Assembly: GCA_964484655.1 (NCBI GenBank)
Contig: CAZAFA010000001.1
Coordinates: 97,518-161,517, forward strand
Length of the DNA stretch: 64,000 nt
Reading direction: 5' to 3'
Origin: an uncultured Candidatus Saccharibacteria bacterium
GTDB lineage: Bacteria; Patescibacteriota; Minisyncoccia; UBA6257; 2-01-FULL-56-20
Each line of letters opens with the position of its first letter. The first letter of the stretch is position 1. The notes beneath the pieces are model-generated. The model worked only from the letters and a program-made list of their open reading frames with translations, was not told the DNA's origin and did no database searches. The position numbers and the translations under genes are program-made. This document shows positions 27,419 through 35,954 of the stretch, piece after piece.

Positions 27419-27435
27419 ATTAGTATGATTTAGAT

Positions 27436-27590
27436 ATGAAGAGACACTGGCTTGAGCATATTGAAGGATCATTCTCGCTATCGCCCTACCTGCGGGTTTG
27501 ATAGCCTTATTACTTGATCCGTCAGCGACAAATGGCCTCCTATTTCTTATCCTCGCAGTAGCGTGGAAGCACGCAAATGGCGCCCTATAA
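27436..27590 (+). pseudogene. Frameshifted small two-TM protein gene between the repeats
   Basis: MKRHWLEHIE then, in a shifted frame, IILAIALPAGLIALLLDPSATNGLLFLILAVAWKHANGAL*; TATGAT upstream. Confidence 0.4.
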
Positions 27591-27631
27591 AGGCGCGGCT
27601 ATTTGGTATCGGTTAAATTTTCAGACACAAA

Positions 27632-27659
27632 ATCGTTCGAACATCGTCCACGACCCCCA
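27632..27659 (+). repeat. 28-bp direct repeat, copy 2
   Basis: ATCGTTCGAACATCGTCCACGACCCCCA (27/28 identical to copy 1). Confidence 0.9.
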
Positions 27660-27724
27660 GTGGATATTTGAAAAGGCACCTGTTAAGTAACAAGTGCCTT
27701 CACCTCATCAAGAGTCTGGTCAAT

Positions 27725-27955
27725 CTAATTTTCGTCGAGATAACCGCGCAGCTTCTCTACGGTTAAAGAATCGCCTCGGATAAATTCCCTCAAGCTGATT
27801 CCACAAAATCCAATAGTTAAGCTCGAGATGCCGATGATTCCAAAAAAGATGACACTGACCCAAACGCCGCCGTGAATGGTCTGCGGGTGCGTGGACATCT
27901 CATACCAACCCATAACTGTTGCAATAGCGATTAACACTAGCCCTAATAGTTTCAT
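27725..27955 (-). CDS. Small two-TM membrane protein
   Basis: MKLLGLVLIAIA...; GGAGG upstream of the ATG. Confidence 0.6.
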   Translation of the reverse strand: MKLLGLVLIAIATVMGWYEMSTHPQTIHGGVWVSVIFFGIIGISSLTIGFCGISLREFIRGDSLTVEKLRGYLDEN

Positions 27956-28072
27956 TGTGAATACCTCCGCTGAACATACTAAGTATATTGACGAATTATT
28001 CAATAGTACGCATAAGGGTTCCGATAACGTCCCACTGCGCCAGCAGCCATTTTTTAGCGATACAATTCGGTC

Positions 28073-28657
28073 ATGAAGAGCCTCAAGGACTTTGATCCGA
28101 ACGAGGTGGCACATCTCGATCTAGAGATGTGGAAGGCATACTACAGCCATAGGTTCGTCCGCCTGTTTTTCTTACTTGTTAGACTCCTGCGTAAGCAATT
28201 CGGGCTGGGCCTGTTTACTGCCATCCGTGCCGCATCTTTCGCCGCCGCGGCAGCAACCGATTTCCGTCGTAACAAAGGGAAGGAAGACAAGCAGCGTGTG
28301 TATGAGAAAGTTCTACGCTTCACGCAAATTGTTTCTGCTAACGCGCCAGAAGAGTTCAATGCAGAACAAGCTGCTACAACCGAAGTTGAGTGGTGGTTTG
28401 TCGATCGTTACCCCGAGAACTTCCTAGAAGGGGAACGTGAGAGAGGGCTAGCACGTGCAATGAGTGCTATCTACGGAGTAAACCCGGAGGCCTTAGCGGA
28501 TTATGCCAAGTATCGTGCTCAGGCCATGGTGCTCCAGGATGAAGCTGAAGAGACAGGCAAGGAGGCAGATTGGGAGAGGATGGGGATCCTGCTCAGGGAT
28601 TCCTATCGGGCATTATTCACCGCTCTTCACGAGGAGGATCGTTCGAAGTTCGTCTAG
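28073..28657 (+). CDS. Hypothetical helical protein
   Basis: 194-aa ORF with TACAAT -10 just upstream. Confidence 0.75.
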   Translation: MKSLKDFDPNEVAHLDLEMWKAYYSHRFVRLFFLLVRLLRKQFGLGLFTAIRAASFAAAAATDFRRNKGKEDKQRVYEKVLRFTQIVSANAPEEFNAEQAATTEVEWWFVDRYPENFLEGERERGLARAMSAIYGVNPEALADYAKYRAQAMVLQDEAEETGKEADWERMGILLRDSYRALFTALHEEDRSKFV

Positions 28658-28710
28658 CTTGGCCAGCGCGGCGAGCGTTCAGGCTTTTTTCTTGATGCTA
28701 TTCTAGAGAC

Positions 28711-29091
28711 ATGACCACCATCTTCCTCGCCCAGCTCTGGGGGCCGATCTTACTCGCTGTCGCGCTCGGGATCTTCTTCAGCGCCTCGTACTACCGCCGC
28801 ATCTACCGCGAGCTCGAGAAGGACTCGCTCGCCGTCCTTCTCTTCGGCATGACCGCCACCGCGGCCGGCATCGCGCACGTCCTGTTCCATAACTCCTGGG
28901 CTTCTACGCCGGAGATTGTCGTATCCCTCCTCGGCTGGGGACTCCTCCTCAAGGGCATGCTCTTCATCATCGCACCCGGGTTCGTGGACCGCGCCGGGGA
29001 CCGATGGGCGAAGCTCAAGCTAATCCCGTTCGCAGGAGCTCTCACGCTACTGGTCGGCTTGTATCTGACCTGGTTCGCGTACCTCGCGTAG
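28711..29091 (+). CDS. Four-TM membrane protein
   Basis: Hydrophobic; HNSW...IVVSLLGW...KG...P pattern. Confidence 0.75.
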   Translation: MTTIFLAQLWGPILLAVALGIFFSASYYRRIYRELEKDSLAVLLFGMTATAAGIAHVLFHNSWASTPEIVVSLLGWGLLLKGMLFIIAPGFVDRAGDRWAKLKLIPFAGALTLLVGLYLTWFAYLA

Positions 29092-29155
29092 AGAAGCAGT
29101 CGGCAGAGGTATCTGGTCACAATGGCAACGCACCCGTACGGGTGCGTTGTGCTAG

Positions 29156-29569
29156 CTAGTCAGACTCGAGCGGCTCCCAGTAGATCGACTCCACGACCTC
29201 TGCGGGAGCGTCGGGAGGCCACCACTCCTTGCGTATCCGTGCGACGACCGCGTCGCGGTCGGTCTCGGTGCCGAAGAGCAGGGCGAACGCCCGCTGGCGG
29301 TCGCGCGTGACCCAGGGATTCCTGCTGCGGGTTATCCATGCCTCGACCGAGTTCTCCTCCAGGAAGGCGGCGACCTCGTGCGGCGTGTGCTCGCCGCTGA
29401 GCTTGTGCCAGGCGCGATGCTCGCGTTGCGGCTTGTACAGCAGGTTGCCTCCCTCCATGTCTGGATTATGGAAGTAGCCGGCCTCGAGGAGGCGCGACTG
29501 GGGCAGGGGATGATGCGCGGTGATGCGCATGAGGTCCCGCTCCTGGCGCCTCTTCTTCTTGCGTCTCAT
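29156..29569 (-). CDS. HNH-like nuclease-fold protein (tentative)
   Basis: TAHHPLPQSR...NLLYKPQREHRAWHKL resembles an HNH core; terminator hairpin GCAACGCACCC/GGGTGCGTTG downstream. Confidence 0.55.
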   Translation of the reverse strand: MRRKKKRRQERDLMRITAHHPLPQSRLLEAGYFHNPDMEGGNLLYKPQREHRAWHKLSGEHTPHEVAAFLEENSVEAWITRSRNPWVTRDRQRAFALLFGTETDRDAVVARIRKEWWPPDAPAEVVESIYWEPLESD

Positions 29570-29745
29570 TGCGCGACCTCGTTCCCGATGCCGAGCAGCC
29601 GCTTCGCGGACATCCAGAACCCGCCGGCTATGGCGTGGACGACGAACGCGATCAGCCAGAACGGCAGGACGACGTGCGACGTCCAAGGAGTCTCCGTCTC
29701 GCTCGCGAGCGCTCTCTCCATGCAGGTGTTACATAAGATGCTCAT
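29566..29745 (-). CDS. 59-aa single-TM protein (not in ORF track)
   Basis: GAGGAGGT SD 5 nt before ATG; MSILCNTCMERALASETETPWTSHVVLPFWLIAFVVHAIAGGFW...; ATGA overlap with the next gene. Confidence 0.55.
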   Translation of the reverse strand: MSILCNTCMERALASETETPWTSHVVLPFWLIAFVVHAIAGGFWMSAKRLLGIGNEVAQ

Positions 29746-29831
29746 ACAGCACCTCCTCTTGATAGTATTTTGGAATCGTTGCCGAGCGCAGTTTTATCTA
29801 TTATCCTCCTAATTGTCAATATCCGGTGCCT

Positions 29832-30260
29832 ATGACCATCTTCGAGCGCGCCAAGAAGTTCGGCCTCCCGGCGGGCGAGTACGCGGTCTTCGGCAGCGCG
29901 CTGCTCGGCGCCTGGGGGATCCGCCCCGCGAAGGATCTCGACCTGATCGTCAAGCCCGATCTCTTCGCGCGGCTGCGCGCTGACGGGTGGCGGGAGTGGG
30001 TGACGCAGATGGGGCACCCGATCCTCACGCGCGACGACGCGGACGCGACGACGTACCAGGAGCCCGATCCGCGCATCGGCTACAACCCGGACCGCGCGCG
30101 GCTCATCAAGGAGGCGGTCCTGATCGAGGGCGTGCCGTTCGTGCGCGTCGAGGAGGTGATCGCGTGCAAGCGCGACTACGACCGTCCGAAGGACCGCGAC
30201 GACATCGCCGCGATCGCGCGCTATCTCGCGGAGCGGGGAGGGGATGCGATCTACGGCTAG
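29832..30260 (+). CDS. Nucleotidyltransferase-like hypothetical protein
   Basis: VFGSALL..WGIR...DLDL and RPKDRDD motifs. Confidence 0.7.
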   Translation: MTIFERAKKFGLPAGEYAVFGSALLGAWGIRPAKDLDLIVKPDLFARLRADGWREWVTQMGHPILTRDDADATTYQEPDPRIGYNPDRARLIKEAVLIEGVPFVRVEEVIACKRDYDRPKDRDDIAAIARYLAERGGDAIYG

Positions 30261-30261
30261 C

Positions 30262-30843
30262 ATGCGGGCTGCCTCCTTCCTCCGCCGCAACGCCTGGGTC
30301 ATAACCGGCACCGCCGCTGCCCTGGTCGCGCTCGCGGTCCTCGAGCTGCACGGCGGCCGCCTGCCGTGGGGCCCGGACGGGCGGTTCGGCTGGTGGGACG
30401 GGAACATCCACGGCAGCGAGAACTCGCAGCGCGTCGCCGACGCGTACTCGTTCACGCACGTCCTGCACGGCATCCTCATCTACGCGGGACTCTGGCTCTT
30501 CGCGCGCCGGGTCCCGGCCCGGTACCGCTTCCTCGCCGCGGTGCTCATCGAGGCGGGATGGGAGCTCCTCGAGAACTCGCCGTTCGTCATCGAGCGGTAC
30601 CGGGCGGGAACGGTCTCGCAGGGCTACGTGGGCGACAGCGTCCTCAACTCCGTCTCCGACGTGCTCATGATGGCGCTCGGCTTCCTCGTGGCGCACGCCT
30701 CGCCCGCGCGGCTGACCGTCGCGCTCGCTATCGCGATGGAGGTCGGACTGCTGCTCTGGGTGGGGGACAACCTCACGATCAACGTCGTCATGCTCGTCCA
30801 TCCGATCCCCGCGATCCGGGAGTGGCAGGCGGCCCATTTCTGA
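30262..30843 (+). CDS. DUF2585 (UPF0314) membrane protein
   Basis: SENSQ..AD.YSFTHVLHG, WELLENSPFVIERYR, GYVGDSVLNS, DNLTIN. Confidence 0.88.
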   Translation: MRAASFLRRNAWVITGTAAALVALAVLELHGGRLPWGPDGRFGWWDGNIHGSENSQRVADAYSFTHVLHGILIYAGLWLFARRVPARYRFLAAVLIEAGWELLENSPFVIERYRAGTVSQGYVGDSVLNSVSDVLMMALGFLVAHASPARLTVALAIAMEVGLLLWVGDNLTINVVMLVHPIPAIREWQAAHF

Positions 30844-30917
30844 GACGGACGCGGGCGCGCATCACGCCGCAACCTTGCCACCGCGTCCACTGGTCGGTAT
30901 GCTTTGCCGCGACCTGA

Positions 30918-30990
30918 GCCCCTATAGCTCAGTTGGTAGAGCAGCTCCCTTTTAAGGAGACGGTCCTAGGTTCGAGCCCTAGTGGGGGCA
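30918..30990 (+). tRNA. tRNA-Lys(TTT)
   Basis: GCCCCTA/TGGGGGC acceptor stem, D arm, CTTTTAA anticodon loop, GGTTCGAGCC T arm; CCA not encoded. Confidence 0.93.
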
Positions 30991-31000
30991 CTCATTTTTC

Positions 31001-32257
31001 ATGGCGAAGCATCCCAAATTCTTCCTCACCCTGATCGTCCTGGTCTCGGTCGCGGCCGGCTTCTTCGCCTACCCGGGCTCGCCGCTGGCGAAGTACCGGC
31101 CGTGGCGCCTCGGCCTCGACCTTGTGGGCGGCTCGCACCTGACCTACGAGGTCGACCTGTCGACCGTGCAGGGAGGGGACCGCCAGCTCGTCCTCGACGG
31201 CCTGCGCGACGTCATCGAGAAGCGCGTGAACCTCTTCGGCGTCGCCGAGCCGCAGGTGTACGTCGCGAGCACCGGCGACAAGAGCAACCTCGTCGTCGAG
31301 CTCGCGGGCATCCGCGACGTCAGCGAGGCCATCAGGCTCATCGGCGAGACGCCGACCCTCGACTTCCGCGAGCTCTCGTCCTCGACGCCGAGCGTCGCCA
31401 TCGGCACGAGCACCGACGAGTTCGTCCCGACGGAGCTCACGGGCCGCTTCATCACCGGCGCGCAGCAGGTCTTCGACCCGCAGACGCGCGCGCCGATGGT
31501 CTCGATCGCGTTCAACAGCGAGGGCGCGAAGCTCTTCGGCGAGATCACCGGCCGCAACGTCGGCAAGCCGGTCGCGATCTACCTCGACGGCGCGCCGATC
31601 TCCATGCCGCGCGTGAACGAGCGCATCGACGCCGGCAACGCCGTGATAACCGGCCTCTCCGTCGACGAGGGCCGTCTCCTCGCGCAGCGCTTCAACGCGG
31701 GCGCGCTCCCGGCGCCGATCACGCTCATCGAGCAGAAGACCGTCGACGCGACGCTAGGCGCGCGCTCGCTGACCAAGGCGGCGGAAGCCGGCGCGATCGG
31801 CACGCTCCTGGTCATGATCTTCATGATCCTGTTCTACCGCGTGCGCGGCTTCTACGCCGCCCTGGCGCTCCTGATCTACGTCGTCCTCACCCTCGCGCTC
31901 TTCAAGCTCGTCCCGGTGACGCTCACGCTCGCGGGCCTTGCCGGCTTCATCCTGACCATCGGCATGGCCGTGGACGCGAACATCCTCATCTTCGAGCGCA
32001 TCAAGGAGGAGGAGCGCGCGGGTCGCTCACGCCTGGACGCGATCCGCGAGGGCTTCCATCGCGCGTGGCCGTCCATCCGCGACTCCAACATGAGCACGAT
32101 CATCACGGCCATCATCCTCTACTACTTTACGAGCGGCTTCGTGCGCGGCTTCGCCCTCACGCTCCTCCTCGGCGTCCTCGTGAGCATGTTCTCGGCGATC
32201 ACCACGACGCGCCTCTTCCTTCTGGCCTTCACCCGTAACAAGACTGCACGCGCATGA
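31001..32257 (+). CDS. secD: Protein translocase subunit SecD
   Basis: LGLDLVGG, AGALP, IGMAVDANILIFERIKEE. Confidence 0.97.
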   Translation: MAKHPKFFLTLIVLVSVAAGFFAYPGSPLAKYRPWRLGLDLVGGSHLTYEVDLSTVQGGDRQLVLDGLRDVIEKRVNLFGVAEPQVYVASTGDKSNLVVELAGIRDVSEAIRLIGETPTLDFRELSSSTPSVAIGTSTDEFVPTELTGRFITGAQQVFDPQTRAPMVSIAFNSEGAKLFGEITGRNVGKPVAIYLDGAPISMPRVNERIDAGNAVITGLSVDEGRLLAQRFNAGALPAPITLIEQKTVDATLGARSLTKAAEAGAIGTLLVMIFMILFYRVRGFYAALALLIYVVLTLALFKLVPVTLTLAGLAGFILTIGMAVDANILIFERIKEEERAGRSRLDAIREGFHRAWPSIRDSNMSTIITAIILYYFTSGFVRGFALTLLLGVLVSMFSAITTTRLFLLAFTRNKTARA

Positions 32258-33147
32258 GCATCACTCGCTTCAAGAACTGGTACCTCGCGATAGCCGTCGT
32301 GCTCGCGGCTGCGTCCATCGCCGCGATCGCGACCTACGGCTTCCGCCTCGGCATCGACTTCACCGGCGGCGCGCTCTGGGAGATCCAGGCGCCGAACCTG
32401 AGCTCGGAGCAGGTGAGCGCCACGCTCTCCGAGGCGGCGGGAGGCGCGGTGCACGTCTCGCGCGACGCGACCACCGGCCATTACCTCGTCCGTCTCGGCG
32501 AGTCGGACCAGGAGACGTACCAGCGCGTGCGCGCGGCGGTCCAGGAGGCCGATCCCGATTTCGCGGAATCGAGCTTCTCGTCCATCGGCCCCTCGGTGTC
32601 GACCAAGCTCCGGACCGGCGCGTTCCTCGCGATCGGCCTCGTGATCGCCTTCATCTCGCTCTACATCGTCTTCAGCTTCCGCGGCGCCGCGGGCCCGGTG
32701 AAGAGCTGGGCGTACGGCGTGTCGACCCTTATCTCGCTCTTCCACGACGTCGCCATTCCGGCCGCCGTCATCGCGCTGCTGGGCCACTACAGCCAGGTGG
32801 AGGTGGACACCAACTTCATCGTGGCGCTCCTGGTGGTCATGGGCTTCTCGGTGCACGACACCATCGTCGTCTTCGACCGCGTCCGCGAGAACGTCGGCCG
32901 CATGCGCGCCAGCTTCGGCGAGGTGGTGGACGCGTCCGTCCGCCAGACCCTCGCACGTTCGCTCGCGACCTCTTTCACGCTGGCGCTGGTCCTCGTGGCG
33001 CTCCTGTTCGGCGGCCCGCCGAGCCTCTACTACTTCGTCCTGATCCTCCTCATCGGCGTCATCGCCGGAGCCTACTCGTCGATATTCGTGGCCTCTCCTA
33101 TCCTGCTGCTCCTGAGCGGGGGACGGCGGGCCAGGAAGCGCACCTAG
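32254..33147 (+). CDS. secF: Protein translocase subunit SecF
   Basis: LGIDFTGG, GFSVHDTIVVFDRVRE, GAYSSIF. Confidence 0.97.
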   Translation: MSITRFKNWYLAIAVVLAAASIAAIATYGFRLGIDFTGGALWEIQAPNLSSEQVSATLSEAAGGAVHVSRDATTGHYLVRLGESDQETYQRVRAAVQEADPDFAESSFSSIGPSVSTKLRTGAFLAIGLVIAFISLYIVFSFRGAAGPVKSWAYGVSTLISLFHDVAIPAAVIALLGHYSQVEVDTNFIVALLVVMGFSVHDTIVVFDRVRENVGRMRASFGEVVDASVRQTLARSLATSFTLALVLVALLFGGPPSLYYFVLILLIGVIAGAYSSIFVASPILLLLSGGRRARKRT

Positions 33148-33197
33148 GCTTGACTTTCCCACCAAAATCGCCGATATTATCCAACATAAGTAAACAG

Positions 33198-34229
33198 ATG
33201 TCCATCACGAAGCTAATCGAGAACGCCTGGGCACACCTGCAGCCTCGCCAGCGCGACATCCTCGCCGGCCGCTTCGGCGTCGGGGAGTACGACGAGCAGC
33301 AGACCCTCGCCGCGCTTGGCGAGCGGTACGGCATCACCCGCGAGCGGGTCCGCCAGATCGAGGCCGCCGCGCTCGCCGGGCTCCGCGAGGCGCTCTCCGA
33401 TTCCGCGGACGCGAAGGCGCTCCAGGACAAGGTGAAGAAGATCGTGAAGGAGCATGCCGGCGTGGCTTCCGTCGAGCAGGTGCTCGCCGGGCTCAAGAGC
33501 GAGGTGAAGGACCTCTCGGCCAACGCGCTCCAGCTCGTCATCCGTGCGATGAACAACCTGCACTACCACGACGGCGACGACCGCTTCGTGGCCGCGTACG
33601 CGCAGGACGCCGCGGCCTTTAAGTCCATGGCCGAGCACGTCGCGGGCTGGATCAAGACGCTCGAGCAGAAGAAGGAGCACGTGCTCGCGAGCAACGCGTA
33701 CAAGGCGCTGCAGACGGCGTACGCCAAGGATCGCCAGATCACCGTCCGCGCGCTCGAGCAGTACGCGGGCCTCTCGAAGAAGCTCGTGACCAACGCCTTC
33801 GGGCAGACCGGCCTCGTCCACTGGACCGAGGTGAACCCGCGCACCGTCCGCGACCAGATCTACCTGATCCTGCGCAAGCACCAGGCGCCGCTCCATTTCG
33901 AGGAGATCGCGACGGCTATCAACAAGAGCGGCATCGCCGCGCGCCCCGCGCTCTCCGCGACCGTGCACAACGAGCTCATCAAGGACGAGCGCTTCGTGCT
34001 CGTCGGACGCGGCAAGTACGCGCTCGCCGAGGCCGGCTACACGCCGGGCACCGCGCGCGAGGTCGTGCACCGCATCCTCAAGGAGCAGGGCCCGCTCGAC
34101 GCGAACGAGGTCATCGAGGCCGTCCAGAAGGAGCGCCTCTTCAAGCCCAACACCATCCTGGTCAACCTGCAGAACCGGCAGCACTTCAGCCGCAACCCGG
34201 ACGGGACGTACCAGGTACGCGAGGCGTAG
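33198..34229 (+). CDS. Sigma70 region-4 HTH plus HARE-HTH/RpoE-like DNA-binding protein
   Basis: N-terminal TLAALGERYGITRERVRQIE; C-terminal PLHFEEI...TVHNELIKDERFVLVGRGKYAL. Confidence 0.85.
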   Translation: MSITKLIENAWAHLQPRQRDILAGRFGVGEYDEQQTLAALGERYGITRERVRQIEAAALAGLREALSDSADAKALQDKVKKIVKEHAGVASVEQVLAGLKSEVKDLSANALQLVIRAMNNLHYHDGDDRFVAAYAQDAAAFKSMAEHVAGWIKTLEQKKEHVLASNAYKALQTAYAKDRQITVRALEQYAGLSKKLVTNAFGQTGLVHWTEVNPRTVRDQIYLILRKHQAPLHFEEIATAINKSGIAARPALSATVHNELIKDERFVLVGRGKYALAEAGYTPGTAREVVHRILKEQGPLDANEVIEAVQKERLFKPNTILVNLQNRQHFSRNPDGTYQVREA

Positions 34230-34250
34230 CGTAGAATAGGGAGTGATCCC

Positions 34251-35459
34251 ATGACGCTCGCTGACATCTTCTTCGGTAGCGGGCTCGCCGCCCTGCTCTG
34301 GCTCCTCGTCGCGGCGCTCCCGCTGCTCCTGATCCGCCCGATGCTCTCGGCGCTCACGTTCTGGCGCCAGCAGCTCTACATCAGCAAGAGCATGGAGTCG
34401 ACGGTGCTCGAGCTCCGCATCCCGCCGGACCTGCACCGCAGCCCGCGCGCCATGGAGCAGGTGCTCGTCGCGCTGCACGGGCTCCGCAACGCCCCGAAGA
34501 CCTGGCGCCAGTACCACGTCGACGGCGTGGTCACGCGCTGGTTCTCGTTCGAGATCGTCAGCCAGGGCGGCCAGCTCCGCTTCTTCATGCGCGTCCCGAG
34601 CGCGCTCAAGAACCTCGTCGAGTCGGCGCTGTTCTCGTACTACCCCGAGGTCGAGGTGATCGCGGTGCCGGACTACGTCGCGACGCTGCCGCACACGGTC
34701 TTCGACCTCGAGGCGCAGAAGCTCGATCTCTGGGGCACCGAGATCGCCGCCGCGAAGCCGGCCGTCATCCCGTTCAAGACGTACCAGGCGTTCTCGTCCG
34801 GCGAGAAGGACGGCATCGACCCGCTCTCGTCCATGGTCGAGGTGCTCGGCAAACTCAAGAAGGAGGAATTCGCCGCCATGCAGATCGTCGCGGCGCCCGC
34901 GGACCGGTCCTGGAGCAAGGACGGGGCCGCGATCATCGCGAAGATCAAGGAGACCGGCGCGCTCACGCCGGGCGAGACCACGAACGTGAAGGAGATCGAG
35001 GACAACGTCGGCAAGCCGGCATTCGACGCTCTCGTGCGCGCGGTCTATATCGCTCCCGCCGAGGGCTTCTCGTCCGGCTTCGCCGCGGCGGGCATCACCA
35101 ACGCGCTCAACCAGCTCAGCAGCCCGAAGCACAACGCCTTCGCGCCCGTGCTCGGCACCGGCGGCAAGGGCGCGCAGGCCGTGCGCAGCAGCAAGGCGCG
35201 CATGCTCTGGGCGTTCCGCACGCGCGCTATCCCGCAGAAGGAGTTCTGGGGCAAGTTCCTGACCTCGCTCCCGGGATACCGCAACAACAAGGAGCGCTGG
35301 GCGCCGCTCTCGGTGGAGACGCTTGCGACCATGTTCCACCCCCTCCCGTCGAGCGTCCTCACCGCGCCGCACCTCGAGCGCCTCGCCAGCCGCCGCGTCT
35401 CCGCTCCGGCCGGCCTGCCGATCTACGGCGACGAGGAGGCCATCAAAAAGTTCCTCTAG
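34251..35459 (+). CDS. Membrane-anchored hypothetical protein of the type found with CPR coupling-protein-like ATPases
   Basis: N-terminal TM; FSFEIVS, YYPEVEV, DPLSS, ETLATMFH motifs. Confidence 0.75.
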   Translation: MTLADIFFGSGLAALLWLLVAALPLLLIRPMLSALTFWRQQLYISKSMESTVLELRIPPDLHRSPRAMEQVLVALHGLRNAPKTWRQYHVDGVVTRWFSFEIVSQGGQLRFFMRVPSALKNLVESALFSYYPEVEVIAVPDYVATLPHTVFDLEAQKLDLWGTEIAAAKPAVIPFKTYQAFSSGEKDGIDPLSSMVEVLGKLKKEEFAAMQIVAAPADRSWSKDGAAIIAKIKETGALTPGETTNVKEIEDNVGKPAFDALVRAVYIAPAEGFSSGFAAAGITNALNQLSSPKHNAFAPVLGTGGKGAQAVRSSKARMLWAFRTRAIPQKEFWGKFLTSLPGYRNNKERWAPLSVETLATMFHPLPSSVLTAPHLERLASRRVSAPAGLPIYGDEEAIKKFL

Positions 35460-35462
35460 CCC

Positions 35463-35951
35463 ATGTTCGAAACCATCCTCGGCTACCTGGCCCTCGTCCT
35501 GCTCTTCCTGCTCCTGCTGGATGCGGTCATCGTGGCCCTGTTTGTCTGGTTCTCGCGCGAGGCGGCCGCGGTGAAGCCGGACATCCTGGGCGCGCCGAGC
35601 ACGGCGGCCCAGGAGGCCGCGCAGAGCTCCCGCGCCGAGGCCGTGCGGAAGGCGTGGGGCGAGATCGAGGCGTCCGCGACCGCCGGAACGGACGGGAAGC
35701 GCCTCGCGGTCATCAACGCCGACCGGCTCGTCGACCGCCTCCTCAAGGATGCGGGCTACGAGGGCGAGGGCGCGCTCGAGCGCATGAAGGCGCTCCCGCG
35801 CGAGAAGGTGGCGACCGCCGCGGACCTCATGGCCGCGCACCGCTTCCGCAACCGCCTCGTGCACGAGGTCGGCTTCCAGCCGGACGACCGCGCGCTCGAC
35901 GGCGCGCTCGCGCAGTTCCGCGCGTTCCTGACCGAAGTCGGGTATCTTTAG
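35463..35951 (+). CDS. Single-TM helical hypothetical protein
   Basis: AVINAD..VD..L...GY.G and HRFRNRLVHE (Rx4H, HEPN-like). Confidence 0.7.
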   Translation: MFETILGYLALVLLFLLLLDAVIVALFVWFSREAAAVKPDILGAPSTAAQEAAQSSRAEAVRKAWGEIEASATAGTDGKRLAVINADRLVDRLLKDAGYEGEGALERMKALPREKVATAADLMAAHRFRNRLVHEVGFQPDDRALDGALAQFRAFLTEVGYL

Positions 35952-35954
35952 CGC

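Larger units (their letters stand above)
24827..28700. other. Low-GC accessory island of unknown genes
   Basis: Abrupt fall in GC and change in codon usage after dnaJ, returning to host-like by about 28.7 kb; no recombinase inside. Confidence 0.8.

Noticed and set aside
27391-27659. 28-bp repeats as a CRISPR array
   Set aside because: Only two copies, 213 bp apart, and no cas genes.
26880-28060. Classical integron attC sites or a complete dif site
   Set aside because: GTTRRRY words are present but I found no matching RYYYAAC hairpin, no full 11-6-11 dif match, and no integrase.
30918-30990. tRNA-Lys as the integration site of the low-GC island
   Set aside because: No duplicated tRNA 3' end was seen and secD follows within 10 nt.
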